Origin: Candidatus Dojkabacteria bacterium
Lineage (GTDB): Bacteria > Patescibacteriota > Dojkabacteria > SC72
Direction: 5' to 3'
NCBI GenBank assembly: GCA_050950145.1
Contig: JBMNHB010000001.1
Coordinates: 1-51,135 of the forward strand
Length of the DNA stretch: 51,135 nt
Shown here: positions 16,893 through 25,301 of the stretch, piece by piece
Layout: every line of letters starts with the position of its first letter
Position numbering within the stretch: the stretch's first letter is position 1
Notes under the pieces: generated by a model
What the model saw: the letters and a program-made list of their open reading frames with translations, nothing else
Databases searched by the model: none
Told to the model about the DNA's origin: nothing
Position numbers and translations under genes: made by a program

Positions 16893-18314
16893 ATGTTAAA
16901 AAAGTTTTTCAAAAAGAAAGACATAGGAATAATTCTCATTTTTGTCTTTGTTTTTGCTGTTCTATCTTTTTTTGCAAAAGAATCTTTATCTAGATATTTT
17001 TCAGTTTTACTGTTTTTAATTATCTTTCTTTTGACTTTTCTTTTTACAAAAAATATATTCTTCTCCTTTCTAACTTTTCTTTTTCTTACACTTCCTTTTA
17101 ATATTACATACCAACTACCAATTGCTTTTGAAAAAACATTAGTTAATAATATCCATGTTAACTATCTTGTTCCAACTGTTTCCATTTTAGATATAGGTGT
17201 TTTTATATTCCTGATATCTCTTCTCATTACTAAACTCAACTATTTCAAAATTATATTTCATAAATACAAAATATCTTTTCTTCTTTTTACAATATTTCTC
17301 TTAATTCAAAACATTTTATTTAAAGATGTTTTGGTAGCTTTGAATTCCCTCCGTTTCTTCTCATATCTCTTCTCTTTTTTACTTTTTCTTGAATATTTTA
17401 GAACATCAAAACTCACTAAAAAACAGATAATTATTTGTTCTACTACCCTACTCTTTTCAATATTAATACAAGGAATTATTGGATACTTACAATTTAAAAG
17501 AGGAGCATCTTTAGGTCTAAAATATCTAGGAGAATCACAAGTAGCTGCAGGTCTTCTTGGATCTAGTTTTATATCTCTCTCAGGTAAAGCTATTCTTCGA
17601 TCATATGGAACATTCCCTCATCCGAATATTTTAGCTGGATATTTTCTTCTGTCATTTTTCATTTCAATATATTTTCTTAAAAAGGTTGAAGGTAAGTGGA
17701 AAGTTTTACCAATAGTTGGTATGACATTATCTTCCATATTTATATCGTTTACTTTCTCTAGGTCAACAATTTTTCTTTTTGTTATAACTATCTTTGTTTT
17801 ACTTTTTCGTACAATCTTTACAAAAAAGAAACTTTTCTTTTTTTCAACTCCCCTACTCCTTGAAAGATTCTCATCTCTTTTTCAAAGAACAGATACTGGT
17901 GTAGTTGATAGAAAAAATCTTCTAAAAGCATCTCTACCCATTATTAAGAAAAATATGTTACAAGGAACAGGTTTAGGAAAGTTTATACAATATATGGGAG
18001 AAGATGCACCTTTGACCAAAAATGGTCTTTACCTTTTACAACCGGTACACAATATTTTTGTATTGCTTCTTACAGAATTTGGGCTTTTTGGTTTTCTTTC
18101 TTTTCTTTTCTTACTTTTTGATATTCTTAGAAAAAACATTCAGAAAATTAATATATTTGTTCTCTTAGTCTTGCTTACTGTTATTGGAATTGGTTTGGTT
18201 GATCACTACTTTGTATCTTTACCTCAAGGCTTAATAATGTTTTGGATATTTATAGGTTTAGTTATATTATTCTCAAAAGATTTGAGAAAGAACAAAAAGA
18301 ATATAGACAGTTAG
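16893..18314 (+). CDS. O-antigen ligase/Wzy-like polytopic membrane protein
   Basis: More than 10 TM segments with a central loop, resembling the Wzy_C family. TGGTAGAAT lies 6 nt before the ATG. Confidence 0.5.
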   Translation: MLKKFFKKKDIGIILIFVFVFAVLSFFAKESLSRYFSVLLFLIIFLLTFLFTKNIFFSFLTFLFLTLPFNITYQLPIAFEKTLVNNIHVNYLVPTVSILDIGVFIFLISLLITKLNYFKIIFHKYKISFLLFTIFLLIQNILFKDVLVALNSLRFFSYLFSFLLFLEYFRTSKLTKKQIIICSTTLLFSILIQGIIGYLQFKRGASLGLKYLGESQVAAGLLGSSFISLSGKAILRSYGTFPHPNILAGYFLLSFFISIYFLKKVEGKWKVLPIVGMTLSSIFISFTFSRSTIFLFVITIFVLLFRTIFTKKKLFFFSTPLLLERFSSLFQRTDTGVVDRKNLLKASLPIIKKNMLQGTGLGKFIQYMGEDAPLTKNGLYLLQPVHNIFVLLLTEFGLFGFLSFLFLLFDILRKNIQKINIFVLLVLLTVIGIGLVDHYFVSLPQGLIMFWIFIGLVILFSKDLRKNKKNIDS

Positions 18315-19181
18315 CATTACAAAACCTTCTTTTCTAGTTATGTAGTATTTTTTACCAAAAAGGGCTAAGAAGAAAAATATTATCAAACTAAAAATGATAA
18401 ATAATACTGCTGGTAGAAATGGTTGAAAGTTTAATGTATTGAAAAATGATGCAAGCGCTGGAGTGAATAAAATATTGATTAAAGTTGCTCCGAGTATATT
18501 TCCTAGGCTTAGCTGTAAATTACCCCTTTTAATGACCTCTAGGGACGTTACAAGCTCTGGTACACTGATACCTATACCCACTATGAAGTAACCAATTGTA
18601 GAATCTGCAATTTTATACTGATCCGCAAAGAGCAAGAATTGATCTGTTGATATTTTACCTGTAAGAATTAAGAGTACAAATGAAGCTATTAGTATTAGAG
18701 CATTGAATTTAGAAGTTTTGTGAGTAATTTTAACTGTATTATTCTTTCTTGCAAGAAGAACAGTAAGTATATATGCAATTATCGTGATAATTCCTGTAAC
18801 CCATGTGAATTGAAATCTAAATAATAAAAGTAAAACCAAAAGAAAAATAGAGGCACCTAATGTTATAGGTATATTTTTATCTACATCTGATTTGTGTAAC
18901 TTGTATTTGGTAAAGAAACTTAGTACCCCTATTAGCAAAGTAGTATTTACCAATGCACTTCCTAAGAAAGTAGACATTGCAAACTCTGTATCACCGTGAG
19001 CTGAACCAAATGCGCTAATTACGATATCTGGTAATGCTGTACCTATGGAAATTAGAGTAAAACCTATTAGGAAGCCACTTATCTTTAGTTTCTTGGCAAC
19101 TGCTAATGATTGATCAACAAAAACTTCAGCAGAAACTACTAATACAGCGAGACAGATAACGGCGTACAATAGGTGTAACAT
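18273..19181 (-). CDS. CaCA-family sodium/calcium exchanger membrane protein
   Basis: Two alpha-repeat motifs, GTALPDIVIS and GISVPELVTS. Confidence 0.7.
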   Translation of the reverse strand: MLHLLYAVICLAVLVVSAEVFVDQSLAVAKKLKISGFLIGFTLISIGTALPDIVISAFGSAHGDTEFAMSTFLGSALVNTTLLIGVLSFFTKYKLHKSDVDKNIPITLGASIFLLVLLLLFRFQFTWVTGIITIIAYILTVLLARKNNTVKITHKTSKFNALILIASFVLLILTGKISTDQFLLFADQYKIADSTIGYFIVGIGISVPELVTSLEVIKRGNLQLSLGNILGATLINILFTPALASFFNTLNFQPFLPAVLFIIFSLIIFFFLALFGKKYYITRKEGFVMLTVYILFVLSQIF

Positions 19182-19270
19182 ATGAACATATTACATTAAA
19201 AAGGTATTTATTGACAATGGCATCTTTTGATTGAAATTCTAACTTTTTTGGTTTTTATTTTTCTTTTTTT

Positions 19271-19477
19271 CTAACAACAGACAACCAAATCTACATAGCG
19301 TGATGACAAAATAGGGTTTTTGCTTTCCTTTGCTCTTTTTATCCAATATTCCAATATTTCTTGATCCACTTGCTCTGCAATATCTTCTTTTGTTGGCTCA
19401 TATTGTTTATCTTTTTTGAGAAGATCTTTTATTTTCTGTGCAATATTATACTCACCACGAAAAGACACAGGAGTCAT
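19271..19477 (-). CDS. Small hypothetical protein (possibly a gene remnant)
   Basis: 68-aa ORF with no recognisable motif, beside the R-M module. Confidence 0.25.
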   Translation of the reverse strand: MTPVSFRGEYNIAQKIKDLLKKDKQYEPTKEDIAEQVDQEILEYWIKRAKESKNPILSSRYVDLVVCC

Positions 19478-19628
19478 TTGTTCTCGTTCTAAACTTTCAA
19501 GATATTTTTTACTTCATTATTGAGCATATTTTTGATAAAAACTACTGCAGATAATCGACTATGGATTTTCTATTTTCTTTCTATTATACTGTGAGTATAG
19601 ATTTAATAAAAGGTAAAGTCAAATATTT

Positions 19629-21161
19629 ATGCTTACAAAAAAACAGAAACAAGTTTTAGACTTTATATCCTCTTATCACAAGAAAAATGGATATGCCCCC
19701 TCTTTGGAAGAGATACGGAAAAAACTTAAAGTCGCCTCTGTTTCAACAGCTCATTTTCATGTAAAAAATTTGCAGAATTTAGGATTTCTCGGGAAGCAAG
19801 ACAACAGACCAAGATCAATTGGTATTTATGAAAATGAGAAAATGGTAAATATTCCCTTACTCGGATTAATTATAGCTGGTCAACCTATTGAAGCGATACA
19901 AAGTCAAAACAGAGAAACAATCGCCGTTCCAAGAAGTAAAATATCTCTCAATGGTGAATTTTATGCTTTAAGAGTAGTTGGCGACAGCATGATTGATGAA
20001 AACATAAATGACGGCGATTTGGTTTTAGTTAAACAACAAAATACTGCCGAGAATGGACAAAAAGTAGTTGCCCTTCTGGACAACTATGAAGCTACTTTGA
20101 AAAATTTTTATAAAGAAAAAAATTATATAAGATTGCAGTCTGCGAATAAAACAATTGAGCCAATTATTATAAAAAGGAATAGAAAGCTAACAATACAAGG
20201 TATTATTATTGATGTAATAAGAAACGAGAAAGAAATACAAGCTGAAAAACTTTTAGAAAATAATGAAATAAAAAGGAATCAAACACTCCCTTTGAATAAA
20301 ATTATTTTAGGCGACGCCGTAGAAGAATTAAAAAAATTACCAAATGAAAGTTGTGATGTTATTATTATTGATCCCCCATATAATATCGGAAAAGATTTTG
20401 GAAATAACTTGGATAAGCGTGAATTAAAAGAATATGTTGTTTGGTGTAAAGAATGGATAAATGAATCAATTCGAATTATGAAGTCTACTGGAACAATGTT
20501 TGTTTATGGGTTTAGTGAAATACTCGCTTATCTTTCAGTTGAAATTCCGATCAATAAGCGTTGGCTTATTTGGCATTATACAAATAAAAATGTTGCTTCT
20601 CTTAATTTTTGGCAAAGAAGTCACGAGGCTATAATTTGCGCTTGGAAAGATAACCCAATTTTTAATAAAGATAATGTTAGAGAGCCATATACCGAAGGAT
20701 TTTTAAATGGAGCCGCGGGAAAAGTTAGGAAGGGAACTATTGGGAGATTTAGCAGTAGCGGAAAAGAAACAATTTATAATGCTCACGCGGGTGGTGCCTT
20801 GCCTCGTGATGTAATAAAAATACCAGCTTTAGCTGGTGGTGCTGGAATGAATGAAAGGTGGTTTATTTGTAAAACTTGTAAGAATCAAGTTTTTGAACCA
20901 AGAGAATTAAAAAATCACAAAAACCATGAAATAGTTAAACATCCGACACAGAAACCTCTTAAATTATCAAAAAAATTAATATTGTCTGCTATGCCTCAAA
21001 AAGATGGTGTTGTTTTAGTGCCATTTGTTGGTACTGGCTCCGAGTGTGTGGCAGCAAAAGAATTAGGACAATCTTATGTCGGTTTTGAAATAAATCCAGA
21101 TTACATCAAGTTAGCAGAAAAATATATAGAAAAAGCTAAATACACTCCTAGATTATTTTGA
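19629..21161 (+). CDS. Fusion protein: full-length LexA (wHTH + S24 autopeptidase) joined to a beta-class N6A/N4C DNA methyltransferase
   Basis: Residues 1 to about 200 are colinear with LexA: Ala83-Gly84 in LIIAGQP, Ser120 in VGDSM, Lys158 in ATLKNF, ending DVIRN. From about residue 225 onward the sequence is IIIDPPYNIG (motif IV), then HPTQKP and FVGTGSE (motif I). Confidence 0.85.
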   Translation: MLTKKQKQVLDFISSYHKKNGYAPSLEEIRKKLKVASVSTAHFHVKNLQNLGFLGKQDNRPRSIGIYENEKMVNIPLLGLIIAGQPIEAIQSQNRETIAVPRSKISLNGEFYALRVVGDSMIDENINDGDLVLVKQQNTAENGQKVVALLDNYEATLKNFYKEKNYIRLQSANKTIEPIIIKRNRKLTIQGIIIDVIRNEKEIQAEKLLENNEIKRNQTLPLNKIILGDAVEELKKLPNESCDVIIIDPPYNIGKDFGNNLDKRELKEYVVWCKEWINESIRIMKSTGTMFVYGFSEILAYLSVEIPINKRWLIWHYTNKNVASLNFWQRSHEAIICAWKDNPIFNKDNVREPYTEGFLNGAAGKVRKGTIGRFSSSGKETIYNAHAGGALPRDVIKIPALAGGAGMNERWFICKTCKNQVFEPRELKNHKNHEIVKHPTQKPLKLSKKLILSAMPQKDGVVLVPFVGTGSECVAAKELGQSYVGFEINPDYIKLAEKYIEKAKYTPRLF

Positions 21162-21842
21162 TGAATTATCTATTTCTTTTTTCTTAGGCAGAAATGTTTC
21201 TGCTGTAAAAACAACAAAACCATTATCAAATGCCTGTGTTCGCTTGTCTTCTAAAAATCTTAGGTATGGTAATCTAAATTTGCCCTTTTTTGTTTTTGGA
21301 TTAGATAAACAAGTTGGTACTTCGTATTTTATATCTATATTTTCTCCATTATTTTTCTTTTTTCTTGGTAGTGGTACTCTGCTCATTACTCCACTAAAGC
21401 TTGTTTTCTTTACTTGATAATTTAAAATATGATTTTTGTACTTAACTCTTATATCAGCACCCAAGGAATCTAGTTCTCTTGACATACTTACTGTTCCTTT
21501 GCCAAAAACAGACTCGGCAACATAACCACCATGAATTTGGGTTATTAGACTCGCCCAAGTTCTATAAATTCTAGCTTCTATGCCTCGTGCAAAGCAATTC
21601 TGGCACATTGTTATTTTCTTTCTAAATTTTTCAAGCAGTTCCTTTTTTTCTTCCAAGTATCTTTCATAAAAATTTTCAAAAGAAATAAATTTCTTTTCTT
21701 CCCAATAAACTTTATATAAAAGATTAATTGCTTGTATCTCTTTGGGTAAATCCATTTCAACAATCTTAATACTACTATATTTCTTTCTATAGTCTTTTAG
21801 TGGTACTGTTTGTAAAAATTTGTCAAATTTTTCTAAATGCAT
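21153..21842 (-). CDS. Candidate type II restriction endonuclease partner
   Basis: 229-aa ORF converging on the methyltransferase with a 9-bp overlap. GADIRVKYKNHILNYQVKK is a possible D...QxK variant of the PD-(D/E)xK motif. No family was recognised. Confidence 0.4.
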   Translation of the reverse strand: MHLEKFDKFLQTVPLKDYRKKYSSIKIVEMDLPKEIQAINLLYKVYWEEKKFISFENFYERYLEEKKELLEKFRKKITMCQNCFARGIEARIYRTWASLITQIHGGYVAESVFGKGTVSMSRELDSLGADIRVKYKNHILNYQVKKTSFSGVMSRVPLPRKKKNNGENIDIKYEVPTCLSNPKTKKGKFRLPYLRFLEDKRTQAFDNGFVVFTAETFLPKKKEIDNSSK

Positions 21843-21933
21843 ATTTTAAACAAAATAATTTATTTTAATATATCTTTGTAAGATCTTGCAAACCTATTAT
21901 GTCAATTCTACCAAAAATGAGAGATTTGTAGCT

Positions 21934-22023
21934 TGGCGGAGAGAGTGGGATTCGAACCCACGGTATGATTTCTCATACGAACGCTCTCCAAGCGTTTCCT
22001 TTCGACCACTCAGGCATCTCTCC
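21934..22023 (-). tRNA. tRNA-Ser (anticodon GGA), CCA encoded
   Basis: The reverse strand is GGAGAGATGCCTGAGTGGTCGAAAGGAAACGCTTGGAGAGCGTT...GTGGGTTCGAATCCCACTCTCTCCGCCA. The anticodon loop is TTGGAGA and the variable arm is long. Confidence 0.9.
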
Positions 22024-22028
22024 ATACA

Positions 22029-22105
22029 TGGCGTACCTGGCCGGAATCGAACCGACAACCTACTGCTTAGAAGGCAATTGCTCTATCCGATTGAGCTACA
22101 GGTAC
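22029..22105 (-). tRNA. tRNA-Arg (anticodon TCT), CCA encoded
   Basis: The reverse strand is GTACCTGTAGCTCAATCGGATAGAGCAATTGCCTTCTAAGCAGTAGGTTGTCGGTTCGATTCCGGCCAGGTACGCCA. It folds as a cloverleaf with anticodon loop CTTCTAA. Confidence 0.9.
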
Positions 22106-22148
22106 ATTGCAACAAGTATTTTATCAAAAAACTTATGAGAAATAAAGG

Positions 22149-23942
22149 TTAAAGGACTTCTTTAAACTCTATAAATATTCCTCCTTGTCTTGTAGGGAAG
22201 TACTTTAGATTCTTTGGGAAGCTAGGAGGTTCAAATACTACCTCTGTTTCTTTATCAGAGAATACAAACTCCTTTAGAATTTCCATACCATCTACCCATT
22301 TCTTTCCTTTAATTGCATCTATTACTGTCTGTTTTTCAATCTTTGGTTTAACAGATGCTTTTGCAACTAACTTAATCTTTGTACTTTCTGGAGTATTTTC
22401 AACTACAGTGATTTCTTTTTCAACCTCATCACTTAGTGTTAATTCAAGATTCTTATCTGTTTCAAAAAGATTTTTCTCCTGAGCCTCATTTGTTAAAAGG
22501 TCTGATACCTTTTCATCAAAACCATCTTTCATAAAGAAGGTTGCAGTACTGGCTATTTTAAGATTCAAAGTCACTTCTTTTGCTTCTTCTCCTACCTTTT
22601 TATCAGTCTTTATACTATCTTTTACTTCTTCACTCTTTATTGAATCTCCTATTATTTCCCATGATCCTCCTGATTTATCTTTCAAATCCCTTTCTCCTTC
22701 CTCCATTGCAATCTTCTTTAATTCTTCTACAGCACTATTTACATCAGCTTGAGTAAGAACTGTGTATTGTTCTTTGGAACCTCCTGTAATAGCTTGTGAA
22801 GCTTGTCCTCTCATTTGAGATCCACTATATCCCTGTATTGAAAAAGTTGCACCAGATTGTAAGTTATATTCTTCTCCAATATCATTTGCTGTGATACCAA
22901 CTGTTTTTGTATATTCTTCCCCGCACTTATAGACTAACTGGGCATCAGTCTTAAACACCTTACCACCAGAGGAAATTACAGTATGTCCAGCTTCTAATGT
23001 TACAGGTGGTTTATCGGGACAACCGTCTGTATCTAGATAGTGGATTACAATAGTACCTTTTGCCTTCTCTCCCTTATATGCAGTCCCCGTAGCCTTTATC
23101 GTAGAAGATCTGTCTTTTTCAATAGTCTCTCTCTTTATAGGAATCTTTTCTTCTTCAAAATTAACCTCTTTAATATTTTCATCTCCAGTAAAGATCTTTT
23201 CTATCGATGCCTCTCTTGATTGTACATACATCCTAATTTTTACATATGGAGCAGTTTTATAGTAAATAAATGAACCTAATCCTAAAAGTAATACTAAAGC
23301 AACTCCAATCAGTATTAATAATTTCTTTGATTTTGGACTTAGTTTCTTTCCTTCTCTTTTAAATCTTTCTTTAGACGAAACAGGCAACACTTTTTCTTTT
23401 ATCCCTTTTAAGCTAAAACCTTTTGTTGACTGGTCTTTCTTCTCTTCTTCTTGTACTCCTTCTTTTACTATCACTAGAGGTTCAGGTTCTACAATTTCCT
23501 CCTCTGTTGGTAGGTCTTCATCAATACTAATTCCATGATCTGTTTCAATCGTTTCTATCTCTTCTTTTCTTTCTGTTGGTAATGGCTCCTCTTCTTTAAT
23601 AACTGGCTTTGGTGTTAATCTCTCTGTTCGTTTAACAATCTCCTTTTCCCAGATATCTTCTGTTGGTAGTGTTGTTGTCTCTACTGTTGTAATACCAACA
23701 GTATTAGCATTTTTAACTCCTGTTGGATTTTTAATAATCTGAATAATTAAGTATTTCTCTTGTTCATCTGCAGTTTCTTGTATTACTTTAAGATTTATTG
23801 GACTTATTAGTAAGTCAGAATCCTCTGCAAAAGTTAAAACAATCCTTTCATTAGGAGATTCCAAAATACTTGTAACAATATCTGTTAACTCATCTTCTGT
23901 ATTTACAACGACTTTTGTTATCTTCTTACTCTCTTCTTCCAT
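22149..23942 (-). CDS. Hypothetical single-pass membrane protein (acidic N-terminal part, large extracytoplasmic C-terminal part)
   Basis: 597 aa with a TM helix LLILIGVALVLLLGLGSFIYY at about aa 205-228. The ATG lies 17 nt inside the 3' end of ftsA. Confidence 0.55.
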   Translation of the reverse strand: MEEESKKITKVVVNTEDELTDIVTSILESPNERIVLTFAEDSDLLISPINLKVIQETADEQEKYLIIQIIKNPTGVKNANTVGITTVETTTLPTEDIWEKEIVKRTERLTPKPVIKEEEPLPTERKEEIETIETDHGISIDEDLPTEEEIVEPEPLVIVKEGVQEEEKKDQSTKGFSLKGIKEKVLPVSSKERFKREGKKLSPKSKKLLILIGVALVLLLGLGSFIYYKTAPYVKIRMYVQSREASIEKIFTGDENIKEVNFEEEKIPIKRETIEKDRSSTIKATGTAYKGEKAKGTIVIHYLDTDGCPDKPPVTLEAGHTVISSGGKVFKTDAQLVYKCGEEYTKTVGITANDIGEEYNLQSGATFSIQGYSGSQMRGQASQAITGGSKEQYTVLTQADVNSAVEELKKIAMEEGERDLKDKSGGSWEIIGDSIKSEEVKDSIKTDKKVGEEAKEVTLNLKIASTATFFMKDGFDEKVSDLLTNEAQEKNLFETDKNLELTLSDEVEKEITVVENTPESTKIKLVAKASVKPKIEKQTVIDAIKGKKWVDGMEILKEFVFSDKETEVVFEPPSFPKNLKYFPTRQGGIFIEFKEVL

Positions 23943-25173
23943 TTAAATCTTTCTTGTTAATATCATATATAAATTTTGCTAAGGATGCAGGAGTTATATC
24001 AAATACATTTCTTAGATCTTTACTACTATCTGTAATACTATCTAATTTCTCTGGTGTAAAGAATTCAATCTTAGGAACTACAGCAAAAGGTAGAGATTTT
24101 TTCCATGGGAATTCAAGCATAACTTCTTTGATTTCAGGTAGAAGTGATCCACCACCACAAAGGTATATCTGATTTGGGAATGAAGACACATCACCGCATA
24201 ATGAAAAAGCTGTTTTTAATGTCCTCATCCATAATCTTGCAACAGGATAAACAATCTTTTGTACTTCTCTTGAGAGCTCTTTGTTTAAATCTTTCTTTGC
24301 ATATTTAATCTTTCTCTGTTCCGCTACTCTGTATTCTAGGTTTAAAATTTTAGAAATTTCTTTTGTAAATGTTCTTCCTCCAAATGCAAACATTTTTGTT
24401 TCAACAACATTTCCTTTCTCAACTACTGCAATATCTGTTGTTCCTCCTCCAACATCAACAAAGATGGCAGAAAAATCTCTGTTTGAAGACCCTGCAAAGG
24501 CTCTAGCAACTGCGAAAGGCTGAGAAACGATTCCTAGGACATTGAGTTCTAATTCTCTTGCTACACTGCGTAGAGATTCCACATAGGTTTTTGGAGCAAA
24601 AGATGCATAGTAATTAAGTTTTACATCTTTTCCTTTGTACCCAACTAAAGAATCTACAGGCATTCCACCAATTTCAGTTCCTGTTCTTGTTAAATGTAAT
24701 ATCTCAATATCCTCATTTACTAAACCGATTCTCTGTCCCAAATCTTCTTTACCACTTGTCTCAATCTTTGCTTCTATCTGCACTAATATTTTCTCTTCTT
24801 CTTTTTCTGTTACTTCATCATCAAAATTCTCTTCTCTTTGGTAATTTACAACAATGGAAACACCTTGGATATATTCTCCAGCAATACCCATTACAATATG
24901 TTTTGGATACTCTTCGGGATTTAATCTGTCTGTAAGTGAAGACATTGTTAAGCGACAATTAGCAAGTACTGTATCAAGATTTGTGATGATACCACTTTTC
25001 ATTGCATGTTGTTGCTGTTCTACTCTAGAAACTTTGGAAACATTTACCCCAAACTTATTAACATTAAACAAGACTCCCTTAAGAAGTTCTGTTCCAATAT
25101 CTAAAGCTACAATATTATCTTTAGGGTTTAGTACTGTTTTTGAATTACGTTTTAAAAAAGGCAGATTAAACAT
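23926..25173 (-). CDS. ftsA: Actin-like cell-division ATPase FtsA (PilM not fully excluded)
   Basis: ALDIGTELLKG and DVGGGTTDIAVV phosphate-binding motifs. It is 415 aa with an acidic insert consistent with an SHS2/1C domain. Confidence 0.65.
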   Translation of the reverse strand: MFNLPFLKRNSKTVLNPKDNIVALDIGTELLKGVLFNVNKFGVNVSKVSRVEQQQHAMKSGIITNLDTVLANCRLTMSSLTDRLNPEEYPKHIVMGIAGEYIQGVSIVVNYQREENFDDEVTEKEEEKILVQIEAKIETSGKEDLGQRIGLVNEDIEILHLTRTGTEIGGMPVDSLVGYKGKDVKLNYYASFAPKTYVESLRSVARELELNVLGIVSQPFAVARAFAGSSNRDFSAIFVDVGGGTTDIAVVEKGNVVETKMFAFGGRTFTKEISKILNLEYRVAEQRKIKYAKKDLNKELSREVQKIVYPVARLWMRTLKTAFSLCGDVSSFPNQIYLCGGGSLLPEIKEVMLEFPWKKSLPFAVVPKIEFFTPEKLDSITDSSKDLRNVFDITPASLAKFIYDINKKDLNGRRE

Positions 25174-25239
25174 ACTGTAAGTATATCATATTTAGAGGAA
25201 CACAATATGGTATTTGTTTTTTTTGTAAAGTAGTTTGGA

Positions 25240-25295
25240 AAGGATACCGTATTACATATTTAAATGCGAACATATATATGTTCTACGGTATCCTT
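25240..25295. repeat. Nested inverted repeat: a 12-bp stem enclosing the 16-bp palindrome GAACATATATATGTTC
   Basis: AAGGATACCGTA (25240-25251) pairs with TACGGTATCCTT (25284-25295). The perfect palindrome is at 25268-25283. Confidence 0.8.
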
Positions 25296-25301
25296 CTTGA
25301 A

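Noticed and set aside
19481-19495. GTTC-N2-GTTC direct repeat upstream of the LexA-methylase gene, considered as an alphaproteobacterial-type SOS box
   Set aside because: The spacing is 2 nt rather than 7 nt. The repeat also lies immediately upstream of the start of the divergent small ORF (19477). There is no support for it as an SOS box.
21886-22152. 88-aa plus-strand ORF from the track
   Set aside because: It lies entirely over the tRNA-Ser(GGA) and tRNA-Arg(TCT) genes on the opposite strand. It has no start context, so it is spurious.
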